Below, piece after piece: positions 45,738 through 56,430 of a DNA stretch of 64,000 nucleotides. The notes below the pieces were generated by a model. The model did no database searches. It was not told the origin of the DNA and was given only the letters and a program-made list of their open reading frames with translations. A program made the position numbers and the translations under genes. The stretch lies in assembly GCA_020161655.1 (NCBI GenBank), contig JAIUPC010000023.1, positions 16,231 through 80,230 of the forward strand, given 5' to 3'. Source of the DNA: Pseudomonadota bacterium. Lineage in GTDB: Bacteria > Pseudomonadota > Alphaproteobacteria > Rhodobacterales > Rhodobacteraceae. Within the stretch, counting starts at the first letter, position 1. Each line of letters begins with the position of its first letter.

Positions 45738-46190
45738 ATGATCACGGATTTTCTGGCTTCCGCCTATCCCTGGACCAAGGCTCTGCACATCATATCCATC
45801 GTGGCCTGGATGGCGGGGGTCTTCTACCTGCCGCGGCTTTTCGTCTATCACGTCGAAAAGGTGGAGCCGGGAAGCGAGACCGACAGGCTTTTTCAGCTGA
45901 TGGAGCGGCGGCTTCTGAGGGCGATCATGAATCCGGCGATGACGGCGGCCTGGGTCTTTGGCCTTTGCCTTGTCTTCACGCCGGGGATCGTCGACTGGTC
46001 GATGCTCTGGCCCTGGACCAAGGCGGCGGCGGTGATCGGCATGACCTGGTTTCATCACTGGCTCGGATACCGGCGGAAGGATTTCGTCGCCGGCAGCAAC
46101 GAGGTCAGCGGCCGCACCTACCGGATCATGAACGAAGTGCCGACCGTGCTTCTGGTCGTGATTGTCTTCTCCGTGATCCTGAAATTCTGA
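45738..46190 (+). CDS. hemJ: Protoporphyrinogen IX oxidase HemJ (UPF0093/CopD-like membrane protein)
   Basis: 150 aa with 4 TM helices. N-terminus [27 protein letters not shown] is typical of HemJ. Confidence 0.8.
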   Translation: MITDFLASAYPWTKALHIISIVAWMAGVFYLPRLFVYHVEKVEPGSETDRLFQLMERRLLRAIMNPAMTAAWVFGLCLVFTPGIVDWSMLWPWTKAAAVIGMTWFHHWLGYRRKDFVAGSNEVSGRTYRIMNEVPTVLLVVIVFSVILKF

Positions 46191-46308
46191 TCGGATTGAC
46201 TTTTCCGCTCCGGAGGGTGTAGGAAGTCGCGCCCGCCGTCCGGATGGGCATCATCCCCCTCGTATATCCAGCACGCAGCCCGGTGGCTGTCTGCCGAAAG
46301 ACCGACCC

Positions 46309-47580
46309 ATGACCAAAGACCGCCTGAACCTTGCCGATCTCAAGGCCAAGAGCCCCGCCGACCTTCTGTCGATGGCCGAAGAGCTTGAGATCGAGAACGC
46401 ATCGACGATGCGCAAGGGCGAGATGATGTTCTCGATCCTCCGTGAATATGCGGAGGAGGGCTATGAGATCGGTGGCGACGGCGTGCTGGAGGTTCTCCAG
46501 GACGGGTTCGGCTTCCTGCGCTCGCCCTCGGCGAACTATCTGCCCGGCCCGGATGACATCTATGTCAGCCCCGACATGCTGAGGCAGCATTCGCTCCGGA
46601 CCGGCGACACCATCGAGGGCGTGATCCGCGCGCCGGGCGAAAACGAGCGCTACTTCGCGCTGACCAAGGTCACGCTCATCAACTTCGAGGACCCGGAGAA
46701 GGCGCGCCACAAGGTCGCCTTCGACAACCTCACCCCGCTTTACCCGGATGAGCGGCTGAAGATGGAGATCGAGGATCCGACGATCCGCGACCGTTCGGCC
46801 CGGATCATCGACCTTGTCGCACCCATCGGGAAGGGCCAGCGCGGGCTGATCGTGGCGCCGCCGCGCACCGGCAAGACGGTTCTTTTGCAGAACATCGCCC
46901 ATTCCATCGCGACCAACCACCCGGAATGCTATCTGATCGTCCTTCTGATCGATGAACGCCCCGAAGAGGTTACCGACATGCAGCGCTCGGTCCGGGGCGA
47001 GGTGATCTCCTCGACCTTCGACGAACCGGCGACGCGGCACGTCGCGGTTTCGGAAATGGTGATCGAGAAGGCGAAACGCCTCGTCGAGCACAAGCGCGAC
47101 GTGGTGATCCTCTTGGATTCGATCACCCGCCTTGGCCGCGCCTTCAACACCGTTGTGCCGTCCTCGGGCAAGGTGCTGACCGGCGGTGTCGACGCCAACG
47201 CCCTGCAGCGGCCGAAGCGCTTCTTCGGTGCGGCGCGGAACATCGAGGAGGGCGGATCGCTCACCATCATCGCCACCGCGCTGATCGACACTGGAAGCCG
47301 GATGGACGAGGTGATCTTCGAAGAGTTCAAGGGCACCGGCAACTCCGAAATCGTGCTCGACCGCAAGGTCGCCGACAAGCGCGTGTTCCCGGCGATGGAC
47401 ATCCTGAAGTCCGGCACACGGAAAGAGGATCTGCTGGTCGACAAGAACGACCTGCAGAAGACCTATGTGCTGCGGCGTATCCTGAACCCGATGGGCACCA
47501 CCGATGCAATCGAGTTCCTGATCTCCAAGCTCAAGCAGACGAAGACGAACTCGGAATTCTTCGATTCCATGAACGCCTGA
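46309..47580 (+). CDS. rho: Transcription termination factor Rho
   Basis: 423 aa with N-terminal [25 protein letters not shown], Walker A APPRTGKT and LIDERPEEV. Confidence 0.96.
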   Translation: MTKDRLNLADLKAKSPADLLSMAEELEIENASTMRKGEMMFSILREYAEEGYEIGGDGVLEVLQDGFGFLRSPSANYLPGPDDIYVSPDMLRQHSLRTGDTIEGVIRAPGENERYFALTKVTLINFEDPEKARHKVAFDNLTPLYPDERLKMEIEDPTIRDRSARIIDLVAPIGKGQRGLIVAPPRTGKTVLLQNIAHSIATNHPECYLIVLLIDERPEEVTDMQRSVRGEVISSTFDEPATRHVAVSEMVIEKAKRLVEHKRDVVILLDSITRLGRAFNTVVPSSGKVLTGGVDANALQRPKRFFGAARNIEEGGSLTIIATALIDTGSRMDEVIFEEFKGTGNSEIVLDRKVADKRVFPAMDILKSGTRKEDLLVDKNDLQKTYVLRRILNPMGTTDAIEFLISKLKQTKTNSEFFDSMNA

Positions 47581-47610
47581 CTTGTTGTTATAAAACAATA
47601 GGTTACAAGG

Positions 47611-48906
47611 ATGGACACGATCTATGCCCTGGCCTCGGCGCGCGGGCGCGCGGGCGTTGCGGTGATCCGTGTCTCGGGGCCGCTGGCTTTTGACGCTGTG
47701 CAGCGGCTGGCGGGACGGGTGCCTGAGGCGCGGCGTGCGACGGTGATGGTGCTGCGGGATGCGGCTGGCGGCGCTCTCGATTCCGCGCTGGTGCTGGCCT
47801 TTCCGGAAGGGGCGAGCTTCACCGGCGAGCCGACGGTCGAGTTTCAGCTGCATGGAGCGATGACGACGGTTTCGGCGGTCTTGCGCGCCCTGTCCGGGAT
47901 CGACGACTTCCGCGCGGCTGAGGCGGGGGAGTTCACGCGGCGGGCGCTTGCCAACGGGCGCATGGACCTCGCGCAGGTCGAGGGGCTGGCGGATCTGCTG
48001 GACTCGGAGACCGAGGCGCAGTGTCGGCAGGCTCTGGGCATTCTGTCGGGGGCGGTCGGCGAAAGGGCAGGGCGCTGGCGCCGCGATTTGGTGCGGGCGG
48101 CGGCGCTTCTATCGGCGACGATCGATTTCGCCGATGAGGATGTTCCGGTCGATGTGACGCCGGAAGTGCTTGATCTGGTTGGCGGCGTGTTGTCGGAGCT
48201 GGAGCGCGAGATTGCCGGCCACGGCGCGGCGGAACGTATCCGCGGCGGGTTCGAGGTCGCGATCCTCGGCGCGCCGAATGCCGGAAAATCCACACTTCTC
48301 AATGCCTTGGCGGGCCGCGAGGCGGCGATTACCTCAGAACACGCCGGCACGACGCGCGACGTGATCGAGGTCCGGATGGAGATTGGCGGGCTGGCGGTGA
48401 CGCTTCTCGACACGGCAGGCTTGCGGGATGCAGACGACCCGGTGGAGCGGATCGGCATCGACCGGGCGCTGGCAAGGGCGAAAGCGGCGGACCTGCGCCT
48501 GTTCCTGACCGGGGCGGGAAGTGACCTCATGTTGCTGCCTCAAGCCGGGGATATCGAGGCGATCGGCAAGGCAGACCTGGTGACTGGGCGCGAGGCTGGC
48601 CGGCTTTACGTTTCCGGGGCGACAGGTGAGGGCCTGGGCGACCTTGTCGAGCGTATCCGGCTTGCGCTTGCCGACCGGGTATCGGGGGCGGGAATCGTTG
48701 TGCGCGAACGCCATCGCCTGGCAGCCGTGAGGGCCGCCGAAGCGCTTCGTACAGGCCTTGCCGAGATAGCTCGCGGCCCCGACCGGGTGGAATTCGCCGC
48801 CGATGGTCTGCGCTCGGCTGTCATGGCGCTTGATTCTCTGATAGGGCGTGTCGATGTAGAAGACCTGCTGGACGAGATCTTCGCCAGCTTCTGCATCGGC
48901 AAGTAA
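47611..48906 (+). CDS. mnmE: tRNA modification GTPase MnmE
   Basis: 431 aa with [24 protein letters not shown]1 [10 protein letters not shown] and the C-terminal CIGK motif. Confidence 0.94.
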   Translation: MDTIYALASARGRAGVAVIRVSGPLAFDAVQRLAGRVPEARRATVMVLRDAAGGALDSALVLAFPEGASFTGEPTVEFQLHGAMTTVSAVLRALSGIDDFRAAEAGEFTRRALANGRMDLAQVEGLADLLDSETEAQCRQALGILSGAVGERAGRWRRDLVRAAALLSATIDFADEDVPVDVTPEVLDLVGGVLSELEREIAGHGAAERIRGGFEVAILGAPNAGKSTLLNALAGREAAITSEHAGTTRDVIEVRMEIGGLAVTLLDTAGLRDADDPVERIGIDRALARAKAADLRLFLTGAGSDLMLLPQAGDIEAIGKADLVTGREAGRLYVSGATGEGLGDLVERIRLALADRVSGAGIVVRERHRLAAVRAAEALRTGLAEIARGPDRVEFAADGLRSAVMALDSLIGRVDVEDLLDEIFASFCIGK

Positions 48907-48910
48907 GGAG

Positions 48911-48926
48911 TGTTTCACGTGAAACA
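48911..48926. promoter_or_regulatory. parS centromere-like site (perfect palindrome TGTTTCACGTGAAACA)
   Basis: Exact 16-bp palindrome matching the conserved ParB-binding consensus tGTTtCAcGTGAAAcA. Spans the mnmE-mnmG junction and the mnmG start codon. Confidence 0.85.
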
Positions 48927-50784
48927 TTTTGACGTCATCGTCATCGGCGGCGGCCATGCCGGCACCGAGGCAGCCCATGCCGCGGCCCGGATGGGTGCGC
49001 GTACGGCATTGGTGACGCTTCGGCGCGATGCGATTGGCGTGATGTCCTGCAATCCGGCCATCGGCGGACTCGGCAAGGGCCATCTGGTGCGCGAGATCGA
49101 TGCGCTGGACGGCGTGATGGGCCGGGTCGCGGATCGCGCGGGCATCCAGTTCCGGCTGCTGAACCGCCGCAAGGGGCCGGCGGTGCAGGGTCCGCGCGCC
49201 CAGGCCGACCGGCGGCTTTACCGCGAGGCGATGCTAGCGGAAACCGAGGCGTTCCAAGGGCTTAAGGTGGTCGAGGGTGAGGTTGTCGATCTTGTCACCG
49301 AGGGCAATCGCGTCGCCGGGGTGGCGCTGGACGACGGGTCGCGGCTGACGGCGGGGGCAGTGATCCTGACCTCCGGCACCTTCTTGCGCGGCGTCATTCA
49401 TATCGGCGATGTGCAGAAGCCGGGGGGCCGTATGGGCGACCGGCCGTCGGTGCGGCTTGCTGAGCGACTGGACGGTTTCGGGTTGCCGCTCGGCCGCCTG
49501 AAGACCGGCACGCCGCCGCGGCTCGATGGGCGCACGATCAACTGGGATGTGCTCGAATCGCAGCCGGGCGACGATGAACCGACGATGTTCTCTTTCCTGA
49601 ACCGAAAGCCTTTCGCCAGGCAGATCGCCTGCGGCATCACCCATACCAACGCCCGGACGCACGACATCATCCGTGCGAATCTCGAACGATCCGCGATGTA
49701 TGGCGGGCATATCTCCGGCGTTGGCCCGCGCTATTGCCCGTCGATCGAGGACAAGGTCGTGCGCTTCGCCGACAAGGACTCGCACCAGGTTTTCCTTGAG
49801 CCTGAAGGACTTGATGACCCGACGGTCTATCCGAACGGCATTTCCAGTTCGCTTCCCGTCGATGTGCAGGAGGCTTACGTCCGCTCTATCGCCGGGCTGG
49901 AGGTGGTGACGATCCTGCAGCCCGCCTACGCCATCGAATACGACTATGTCGATCCGCGTGCGCTGACGCCGACGCTCAGGCTGAAGGATGTCGCGGGGCT
50001 CTATCTCGCCGGCCAGATCAACGGAACGACGGGCTATGAAGAGGCCGCGGCGCAGGGGCTGGTCGCCGGACTGAATGCCGCGCGCGACGTGCTTGGGGGC
50101 GATCCGGTGATCTTCAGCCGGTCGGAAAGCTATATCGGCGTCATGATCGACGATCTGGTGACTCGCGGCGTCAGCGAGCCTTACCGCATGTTCACTTCGC
50201 GCGCGGAGTTCCGCCTGTCTCTCCGCGCCGACAATGCCGACCAGCGGCTGACGCCTCTCGGCATTGCCATCGGTTGCGTCGGCGACGACCGTCGCGAAGC
50301 CTTCGAAGCGAAGGCGGAAGCGCTCGCCGCGGCGCGGGATGCTCTGGAAAGCCGCAGCTATTCGCCGAATGAGGCCGCGGCGCAGGGCGTCAAGGTTGGG
50401 CAAGATGGGCAGCGCCGCAGCGGTTTCGCTTTGCTGGCCTATCCCGAGGTGACGTTCGCCGATCTGGAACGCCTCGACCCCGCGCTCGCCGGCATCGCGC
50501 CGGAGATCAAGGAACAGGTCGGGCGCGACGCGCTCTACGCGACCTTTGTCGACCGGCAGCGGGCGGAGGTTGAAACGCTCCGCCGCGACGAAGCGCATGA
50601 AATCCCACAAGATTTCGACTATGGCGCGCTCAGCAGCCTGTCACGCGAGCTGACTGACAAGCTGCAACGGGGCCGACCGGCGACTCTGGCGCAAGCGGGC
50701 CGGATCGACGGAATGACCCCGGCCGCGCTGACGCTGATCCTCGCGGCGCTGAAGCGGCGCGAGCGTACGCGTGCTGCGGGATGA
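48919..50784 (+). CDS. mnmG: tRNA uridine 5-carboxymethylaminomethyl modification enzyme MnmG (GidA)
   Basis: [19 protein letters not shown] motif in an overall GidA-like protein. GTG 48919 lies 8 nt after TAAGGAG; GTG 48910 is the alternative start. Confidence 0.94.
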   Translation: MKHFDVIVIGGGHAGTEAAHAAARMGARTALVTLRRDAIGVMSCNPAIGGLGKGHLVREIDALDGVMGRVADRAGIQFRLLNRRKGPAVQGPRAQADRRLYREAMLAETEAFQGLKVVEGEVVDLVTEGNRVAGVALDDGSRLTAGAVILTSGTFLRGVIHIGDVQKPGGRMGDRPSVRLAERLDGFGLPLGRLKTGTPPRLDGRTINWDVLESQPGDDEPTMFSFLNRKPFARQIACGITHTNARTHDIIRANLERSAMYGGHISGVGPRYCPSIEDKVVRFADKDSHQVFLEPEGLDDPTVYPNGISSSLPVDVQEAYVRSIAGLEVVTILQPAYAIEYDYVDPRALTPTLRLKDVAGLYLAGQINGTTGYEEAAAQGLVAGLNAARDVLGGDPVIFSRSESYIGVMIDDLVTRGVSEPYRMFTSRAEFRLSLRADNADQRLTPLGIAIGCVGDDRREAFEAKAEALAAARDALESRSYSPNEAAAQGVKVGQDGQRRSGFALLAYPEVTFADLERLDPALAGIAPEIKEQVGRDALYATFVDRQRAEVETLRRDEAHEIPQDFDYGALSSLSRELTDKLQRGRPATLAQAGRIDGMTPAALTLILAALKRRERTRAAG

Positions 50785-51404
50785 CGACGGATAACCGCGG
50801 TCTCGCCGGCCTCGATGTTTCACGTGAAACATTTGAGCGGCTGGAGGTCTACGAAGCACTCCTTGCCAAATGGAACCCGGCGATCAACCTCGTCGCGAAA
50901 GGCACGCTTGGCGAGGCCTGGAGCCGTCACTTCATTGATTCCGCTCAGGTTTTATCGCTCGCCCCGCCCGAGGCCCGGATCTGGCTCGATGTCGGTTCGG
51001 GTGGCGGTTTCCCCGGAATGGTCGTCGCGATCATCGCGGCGGAGCTGCGCCCCGACCTTTCTATAACCCTGGTCGATAGCGACCTGCGCAAATCAGCGTT
51101 CCTGGGTGAGGTCGCGCGCAACACCGGCGTGGCGGTCACAATCAACGCCGTTCGGGCCGAAGAGCTTCCCCCCGCCAACGCCGATGTGATGACCGCCCGC
51201 GCCTTCGCGCCGCTGACAACGCTCCTCTCCCTCGCCTCCCGCCACCTCAACCCGCAGGGCAGGGGCATCTTCCTCAAGGGCGCGCGGCATGAGGCCGAGG
51301 TTTCCGACGCGCTTGAATCCTTCCGGTTTGACCTTCAGAAGGTTCCGAGCCAGACCGACCCGCAGGCGGTCATCCTTTCCGTCGGAGGAATCACGCGTGT
51401 CTGA
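50781..51404 (+). CDS. rsmG: 16S rRNA (guanine527-N7)-methyltransferase RsmG (GidB)
   Basis: 207 aa with [12 protein letters not shown] and the SAM motif [15 protein letters not shown] overlap with mnmG. Confidence 0.9.
   Translation: MTTDNRGLAGLDVSRETFERLEVYEALLAKWNPAINLVAKGTLGEAWSRHFIDSAQVLSLAPPEARIWLDVGSGGGFPGMVVAIIAAELRPDLSITLVDSDLRKSAFLGEVARNTGVAVTINAVRAEELPPANADVMTARAFAPLTTLLSLASRHLNPQGRGIFLKGARHEAEVSDALESFRFDLQKVPSQTDPQAVILSVGGITRV
50816..50831. promoter_or_regulatory. parS centromere-like site (second perfect copy, inside rsmG codons 12-17)
   Basis: Exact TGTTTCACGTGAAACA, read in frame as D-V-S-R-E-T-F. Confidence 0.85.
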
Positions 51405-52206
51405 CCTCAGCCGGCCCAAAGGCCCGAAAATCGTCGCGATCGCCAACCAGAAGGGCGGCGTCGGCAAGACCACGACGGCGATCAATCTGGCTGCCGCGCT
51501 CGCCGAAAGCGGCCGCAAGGTGCTGCTTGTGGATATCGACCCGCAGGGCAACGCCTCGACCGGCCTCGGCATTGACCCTTCGGCTCGGCAGAAGACGACC
51601 TATGACCTGCTGGTCGAGGATGCCGGCATCGCCGACGTGATCCAGAAGACCAACACCGATGGCGTCTGGATCTGCCCAGCCACGACCGACCTTTCCTCGG
51701 CGGACCTCGCGCTTTTCTCCAGCGAGAAGCGCAGCTTTCTCCTCCATGACGCGCTCCGCCAGCAAGAAATCGACGCTTTCGGCTTCGATTATGTGCTGAT
51801 CGACTGCCCGCCTTCGCTCAGCCTTCTGACGGTGAACGCGATGGTGGCGGCGCATTCCGTGCTGGTGCCACTGCAGGCAGAATTCTACGCGCTCGAAGGC
51901 CTGTCGCAGTTGATGCTGACGATCAGGGACGTGCGCCACGCCGCAAACAAGGACTTGCGCATCGAAGGTGTTGTGTTGACCATGTATGACACACGCAACA
52001 ACTTGTCCCAACAGGTCGAGGATGACGCCCGCGAAAATCTCGGCGAACTGGTGTTCCGCACCCGGATTCCACGCAATGTCCGGCTGAGCGAGGCGCCGTC
52101 CTTCTCCGTGCCGGTGCTGGCATACGACACCCTGTCGCGCGGCAGCATGGCCTATCGCGCGCTGGCGCAGGAATTGCTCGGCCGCCACGACCGGGCCGCA
52201 AGGTAA
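51397..52206 (+). CDS. parA: Chromosome partitioning ATPase ParA
   Basis: GTG 51397 overlaps the rsmG end. Deviant Walker A is [13 protein letters not shown]. The track ORF start at 51289 is rejected. Confidence 0.92.
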   Translation: MSDLSRPKGPKIVAIANQKGGVGKTTTAINLAAALAESGRKVLLVDIDPQGNASTGLGIDPSARQKTTYDLLVEDAGIADVIQKTNTDGVWICPATTDLSSADLALFSSEKRSFLLHDALRQQEIDAFGFDYVLIDCPPSLSLLTVNAMVAAHSVLVPLQAEFYALEGLSQLMLTIRDVRHAANKDLRIEGVVLTMYDTRNNLSQQVEDDARENLGELVFRTRIPRNVRLSEAPSFSVPVLAYDTLSRGSMAYRALAQELLGRHDRAAR

Positions 52207-52215
52207 GAGGGTAAC

Positions 52216-53106
52216 ATGTCCGACAAACGCATCGAACGTCGCGGCCTTGGTCGCGGTCTTTCCGCCCTGATGGCGGATGTCGTCCAGCCCGCCACGGCGG
52301 CGGAGGACGGTCCGCGCCGCCCCGACCTGCGCGTCCCGATCGAGCGGGTGGAGCCGAACCCGAACCAGCCGCGCCGCGATTTTCCCGAAGAGGCGCTGGC
52401 CGAACTTGCCGCCTCAATCCGCGAAAAGGGCATCATCCAGCCCCTGATCGTCAGGAATAACCCAAGAAATCCAGATGGTTATGAGATTGTCGCCGGTGAG
52501 CGCCGCTGGCGCGCCGCGCAGATCGCGCAACTGCATGAGGTGCCGGTTCTCCTCCGCGAATTCGACGATGGCGAGGTTCTTGAGATCGCGATCATCGAAA
52601 ACATCCAGCGCGCCGATCTCAACCCTGTCGAGGAGGCGATGGGCTATCGTCAGCTCATGGACCGCTTCGGACATACCCAGGAGAGGCTGGCCGAGGCCCT
52701 GTCGAAATCCCGCAGCCACATCGCGAACCTCCTCCGCCTTCTCAACCTTCCGGCCGAAGTGCAGGCCTGGCTGCGAGAAGGCAAGCTCAGCGCCGGCCAC
52801 GCCCGCGCCCTGGTGACCGCCGAAAACCCGGTGGCGCTGGCGCGGCAGGTGATCGCGCGCGGGCTTTCGGTGCGTGAGACGGAGCAACTTGCCAGGACCG
52901 CCGGAGGCGGATCGCGCAAGACCTCCGGCGCTGGTCACAGCGACAAGGATGCCGACACGCGGGTGCTGGAGCAGGACCTTTCCGCCAATCTCGGCATGGG
53001 GGTGGTGATCGACCACCGCGGCCATGACGGCGGCAAGCTGACCATCAGCTACCGCAACCTCGACCAGCTTGATGAGCTTTGCCAGTTGCTGGCCGGCGCG
53101 CGTTAA
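52216..53106 (+). CDS. parB: Chromosome partitioning protein ParB (parS-binding CTPase)
   Basis: 296 aa with ParB box GERRWRAA, an HTH region, and NPNQPRRDF in the N-terminus. Confidence 0.93.
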   Translation: MSDKRIERRGLGRGLSALMADVVQPATAAEDGPRRPDLRVPIERVEPNPNQPRRDFPEEALAELAASIREKGIIQPLIVRNNPRNPDGYEIVAGERRWRAAQIAQLHEVPVLLREFDDGEVLEIAIIENIQRADLNPVEEAMGYRQLMDRFGHTQERLAEALSKSRSHIANLLRLLNLPAEVQAWLREGKLSAGHARALVTAENPVALARQVIARGLSVRETEQLARTAGGGSRKTSGAGHSDKDADTRVLEQDLSANLGMGVVIDHRGHDGGKLTISYRNLDQLDELCQLLAGAR

Positions 53107-53459
53107 GCGTCTGGCCGCGACCAGATGAAGACTGCCACGCCGATCAGGCAAACCGCCTGAACGCCCAGGACCAGCGGCCCGAAGCCGAGCAGCATCGCGA
53201 TGACGAAGCTGCCGACGAATGAGGCGGAGGCGAGCCACTTGGCATTTCGGCCGATCGCCCCGCGTTCATTCCAGTCCTGGATCGGCGGTCCGAAGATCGG
53301 GTGCGACAGAAGCCAGTTGTGCAAGCGCTCCGAGGCATTGGCGAAGCAGATGGCGGCGAGAAGCAGGAATGGCACCGTCGGCATGATCGGCAGGAAGATC
53401 CCGATCACGCCGATCGCCAGCGAGACAAGCCCGACGATGACCAGGATGATGCGGATCAC
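53103..53459 (-). CDS. DUF454/YbaN-family inner membrane protein
   Basis: 118 aa with two long hydrophobic segments and a LPIMPTVPFLLLAA motif. Confidence 0.65.
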   Translation of the reverse strand: MIRIILVIVGLVSLAIGVIGIFLPIMPTVPFLLLAAICFANASERLHNWLLSHPIFGPPIQDWNERGAIGRNAKWLASASFVGSFVIAMLLGFGPLVLGVQAVCLIGVAVFIWSRPDA

Positions 53460-54610
53460 GGCACGATGTCGCGCAGGATGGCGTTCAGGACGATGCGGCC
53501 CGGTGCCGTGGTCGCGATCCGGCCGTCGGCCAGCGCCAGAAGCCCAAGGTCGGCAAGCCGCGCCACGGCATCCTGCCGCAATGTCCGTCCTGCCAGCGCC
53601 TCATACCGCGCCACTTCCGCACCCTCACTCAGCCGCATCGACATCATGATATATTCATCGGCGCATTCGGAAGCGGAAAGTTCGGTGCGCGGCATTTCAC
53701 CAGACCCCCGTTTTCCCACGGAATCGAGCCACATTTGCGGCGCGCGCGGGGCTTCCGTCGCATAGCGCCGCCCGCCCAGCGTCAGCCGACCATGCGCGCC
53801 GGGGCCGATCCCGAGGTAGTCGCCATAGCGCCAGTAGATCAGGTTGTGCCGGCTTTCCGCGCCCACCCGCGCATGGTTGGAAACCTCGTAGCCGGGCATC
53901 CCCAGGCCGCCCAGAACCTCCTGCGTCACCTGATACATGTCGGCAGAGACGTCATCATCCGGCAGGCCCTTCAGCCCGCCCGCCGCATGGCGCGCGCCAA
54001 AGGCGGTGCCGTCCTCGATGGTCAGCTGGTAAAGCGACAGGTGATCGACCGCCATCGCCGCCGCCTCGGCCAGTTCGCGGCGCCAGTCCTCCAGCGTCTG
54101 ATCCTGGCGCGCATAGATCAGGTCGAAGCTGACCCGCCCGAAATGGTCGCGCGCGATGTCGAAGGCCCGCCGCGCCTCGGCAAGGCTGTGAAGCCGCCCG
54201 AGCCGACGCAGATCCTCGTCGTTCAGCGCCTGTACGCCCATGGACAAACGGTTGACGCCAGCCTCGGCATATCCGCGGAATCGGCTGGAATCGACACTGT
54301 TCGGGTTGGCTTCCAGCGAGATTTCAAGGTCATTGGCAAGGGGCCAGAGGGCGCGAACCTCGGTCAGGATCGCATCGACCAGATCGGCGTCCATCAGCGA
54401 AGGCGTACCGCCGCCGAAGAACACCGTGTTCAGAACGCGGCCCCCGGTTTCCGCCGCAGCCCGCCGCAGCTCCGAAATATAGGCCTCGCGCCAGACCGAC
54501 TGGTCGATGCTGGCCGCGACATGGCTGTTGAAATCGCAATAGGGGCATTTGGAGGCGCAGAAGGGCCAGTGCAGGTAAAGCCCGAACCCCCCGTGGCGCC
54601 AGTCTTCCAC
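53456..54610 (-). CDS. hemW: Radical SAM heme chaperone HemW (HemN-like, oxygen-independent coproporphyrinogen oxidase family)
   Basis: 384 aa with LYLHWPFCASKCPYCDFNS (CxxxCxxC) and GGGTPS. Confidence 0.88.
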   Translation of the reverse strand: MEDWRHGGFGLYLHWPFCASKCPYCDFNSHVAASIDQSVWREAYISELRRAAAETGGRVLNTVFFGGGTPSLMDADLVDAILTEVRALWPLANDLEISLEANPNSVDSSRFRGYAEAGVNRLSMGVQALNDEDLRRLGRLHSLAEARRAFDIARDHFGRVSFDLIYARQDQTLEDWRRELAEAAAMAVDHLSLYQLTIEDGTAFGARHAAGGLKGLPDDDVSADMYQVTQEVLGGLGMPGYEVSNHARVGAESRHNLIYWRYGDYLGIGPGAHGRLTLGGRRYATEAPRAPQMWLDSVGKRGSGEMPRTELSASECADEYIMMSMRLSEGAEVARYEALAGRTLRQDAVARLADLGLLALADGRIATTAPGRIVLNAILRDIVP

Positions 54611-54614
54611 CGCC

Positions 54615-54989
54615 TCAGCCCTTGAACGCCGTGACTTCGATCTCGACCTTCATCTCGGGCGTGAAAAGCCCGGCGATTACCATGGTCGCGGCGGGCCGTA
54701 TCTCATCCAAGGTCTCGCCCAGCACCGGAACGATGGCATTGGCGATGTCACGGTCGGTCACCGTGTACTGGACCCGCACGATGTCCCCCATGGCAAAGCC
54801 CGCCTCGACCAGCACCTTTCCGATGGTGGCAAAACAGTTCCGCGCCTGCGCCACCGGGTCCTCCGGGATCGCCATCGTCGCATAGTCATAGCCGGTGACG
54901 CCGGAGACGAAGCACCAGCCGCCCTTCACCACCGCGCGGCTGTAGCCCATGGTCTTCTCGAAGGGCGATCCGGTCGAAATGCGCTTCAT
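54615..54989 (-). CDS. RidA/YjgF-family protein
   Basis: 124 aa with a YjgF-like fold pattern (YSRAV..G...FVSG ... VEIEV). Confidence 0.7.
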   Translation of the reverse strand: MKRISTGSPFEKTMGYSRAVVKGGWCFVSGVTGYDYATMAIPEDPVAQARNCFATIGKVLVEAGFAMGDIVRVQYTVTDRDIANAIVPVLGETLDEIRPAATMVIAGLFTPEMKVEIEVTAFKG

Positions 54990-55603
54990 GCCGTCTGATC
55001 CTCGAATGCCGCCACGAGCTTGCCGAAAGCGTCGGCGCGGTGGCTGATGCGGTTCTTCTCCTCAGGCGCCATCTCGGCGAAGGTCACGTCATGGCCATCG
55101 GGCTGGAACATCGGGTCATAGCCATGACCCTGCCCCCCCCGCATCGGCCAGACGACCTGACCTTCGACCTTGCCCTCGAAAACCTCGTCATGGCCATCGG
55201 GCCAGGCCAGCACCATCGTCGCCCGGAACCGGGCGCGGCGCGGGTAGGGCGCTTCGGCCTTCTCCAGCGCTTCCCATGTCCGGGTCATCGCCTGCACGAA
55301 GTCGCGGCCCGCCGGGGTTTCCGCCCAATTGGCAGTATAGACCCCCGGCGCACCGCCCAAGGCATCGACCTCGATCCCGCTGTCGTCGGCCAAGGCGGGA
55401 AGGCCGGTGGCCTTCGCCGCCGCATGGGCCTTGATCCGGGCATTGCCGACGAAGGTGGCCTCGGTCTCTTCCGGTTCGGGCAGGCCCATCTCGCCAGCGC
55501 TGACGCAGGCGATGCCATAGGGCTGCAGAAGGGCGGCAATTTCCTCAAGCTTCCCCATGTTATGGGTCGCCACCAGAAGCTGCCTGCCCGCAAACCGCCT
55601 CAC
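54986..55603 (-). CDS. rdgB: Non-canonical purine NTP pyrophosphatase RdgB/HAM1
   Basis: 205 aa with [30 protein letters not shown] and GHGYDPMF. Confidence 0.9.
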   Translation of the reverse strand: MRRFAGRQLLVATHNMGKLEEIAALLQPYGIACVSAGEMGLPEPEETEATFVGNARIKAHAAAKATGLPALADDSGIEVDALGGAPGVYTANWAETPAGRDFVQAMTRTWEALEKAEAPYPRRARFRATMVLAWPDGHDEVFEGKVEGQVVWPMRGGQGHGYDPMFQPDGHDVTFAEMAPEEKNRISHRADAFGKLVAAFEDQTA

Positions 55604-56313
55604 GCCAGCGCCGCCTTCTGCGCCGTGACCAGTTCGGCGATTCCCGCCTCGGCGAGATCAAGAAGCCGGGTCATCTCGTCACGTGAAAAAGTGGCGCCCT
55701 CCGCCGACATCTGCACTTCGACGAGCCGCCCGCGCCCGGTCAGGATGAAATTCCCGTCCGTCCCGGCCTCGCTGTCCTCGGCATAGTCGAGGTCCACGAC
55801 CGCCTGCCCGGCATAGATGCCGCAGGAAACCGCCGCGACATGATCGACGATCGGGTCCGAGGTGACGGCGCCGGCCTTGATAAGCTTGTTGACCGCCAGC
55901 CGAAGCGCAACCCAGCCGCCGGTGATCGAGGCGCAGCGGGTGCCGCCATCGGCCTGGATCACGTCGCAGTCGACGACGATCTGCCGTTCGCCCAAGGCCA
56001 CGCGGTCCACGCCCGCGCGCAGAGCACGACCGATAAGCCGTTGAATTTCCTGCGTCCGCCCCGATTGCTTGCCCGCCGCCGCCTCGCGCCGGTTGCGTGT
56101 GTTGGTGGCGCGCGGCAGCATCCCGTACTCCGCCGTGACCCAGCCAAGGCCGGAGCCTTTCAGGAAGGGCGGCGCCTTGTCCTCGATCGTCGCGGTACAA
56201 AGCACATGGGTATCGCCGCACCGGATGAGGCAGGAGCCCTCGGCATGTTTGGTGACGCCCGTTTCGATGGAAATCGGGCGCATCGCTTCCAGTTTCCTGC
56301 CAGAAGGTCGCAT
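55600..56313 (-). CDS. rph: Ribonuclease PH
   Basis: 237 aa from [30 protein letters not shown]. The track ORF adds 10 upstream codons, which I rejected. Confidence 0.92.
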   Translation of the reverse strand: MRPSGRKLEAMRPISIETGVTKHAEGSCLIRCGDTHVLCTATIEDKAPPFLKGSGLGWVTAEYGMLPRATNTRNRREAAAGKQSGRTQEIQRLIGRALRAGVDRVALGERQIVVDCDVIQADGGTRCASITGGWVALRLAVNKLIKAGAVTSDPIVDHVAAVSCGIYAGQAVVDLDYAEDSEAGTDGNFILTGRGRLVEVQMSAEGATFSRDEMTRLLDLAEAGIAELVTAQKAALA

Positions 56314-56390
56314 CGGCTCATCCTTTTGTTGCTGTCGGGCCAATTACAGGCGCGGCCACGGCAGACGCAACCCCGATTGACCGCGCCGCC

Positions 56391-56422
56391 TCTCGCTCTT
56401 TAACTGGCAAAGGCCCATATAT
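56391..56422 (+). promoter_or_regulatory. Possible sigma-32 (RpoH)-type promoter upstream of hrcA-grpE
   Basis: TCTCGCTCTTTAA (compare TCTCnCCCTTGAA) and CCCATATAT (compare CCCCATnTA). The spacer looks short (about 10 nt) and the -10 lies only about 9 nt before the ATG, so this is tentative. Confidence 0.3.
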
Positions 56423-56430
56423 GGCAGGCA

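Noticed and set aside
48334-49083. Minus-strand ORF (and 50641-50859) containing MFHVKH, mirroring plus-strand ORFs that also read MFHVKH
   Set aside because: This is an artefact of the palindromic parS sequence, which reads the same on both strands. The rest of these ORFs is antisense to mnmE, mnmG and rsmG.
55675-55690. parS-like half site ctcgtCACGTGaaaaa inside rph
   Set aside because: Only 11 of 16 positions match TGTTTCACGTGAAACA, with the left arm essentially absent. It lies inside a coding region and is unlikely to be a functional ParB site.
56314-56430. CIRCE operator expected upstream of hrcA
   Set aside because: I searched by eye for TTAGCACTC/GAGTGCTAA inverted repeats and found none. 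Recorded as absent rather than as a feature.
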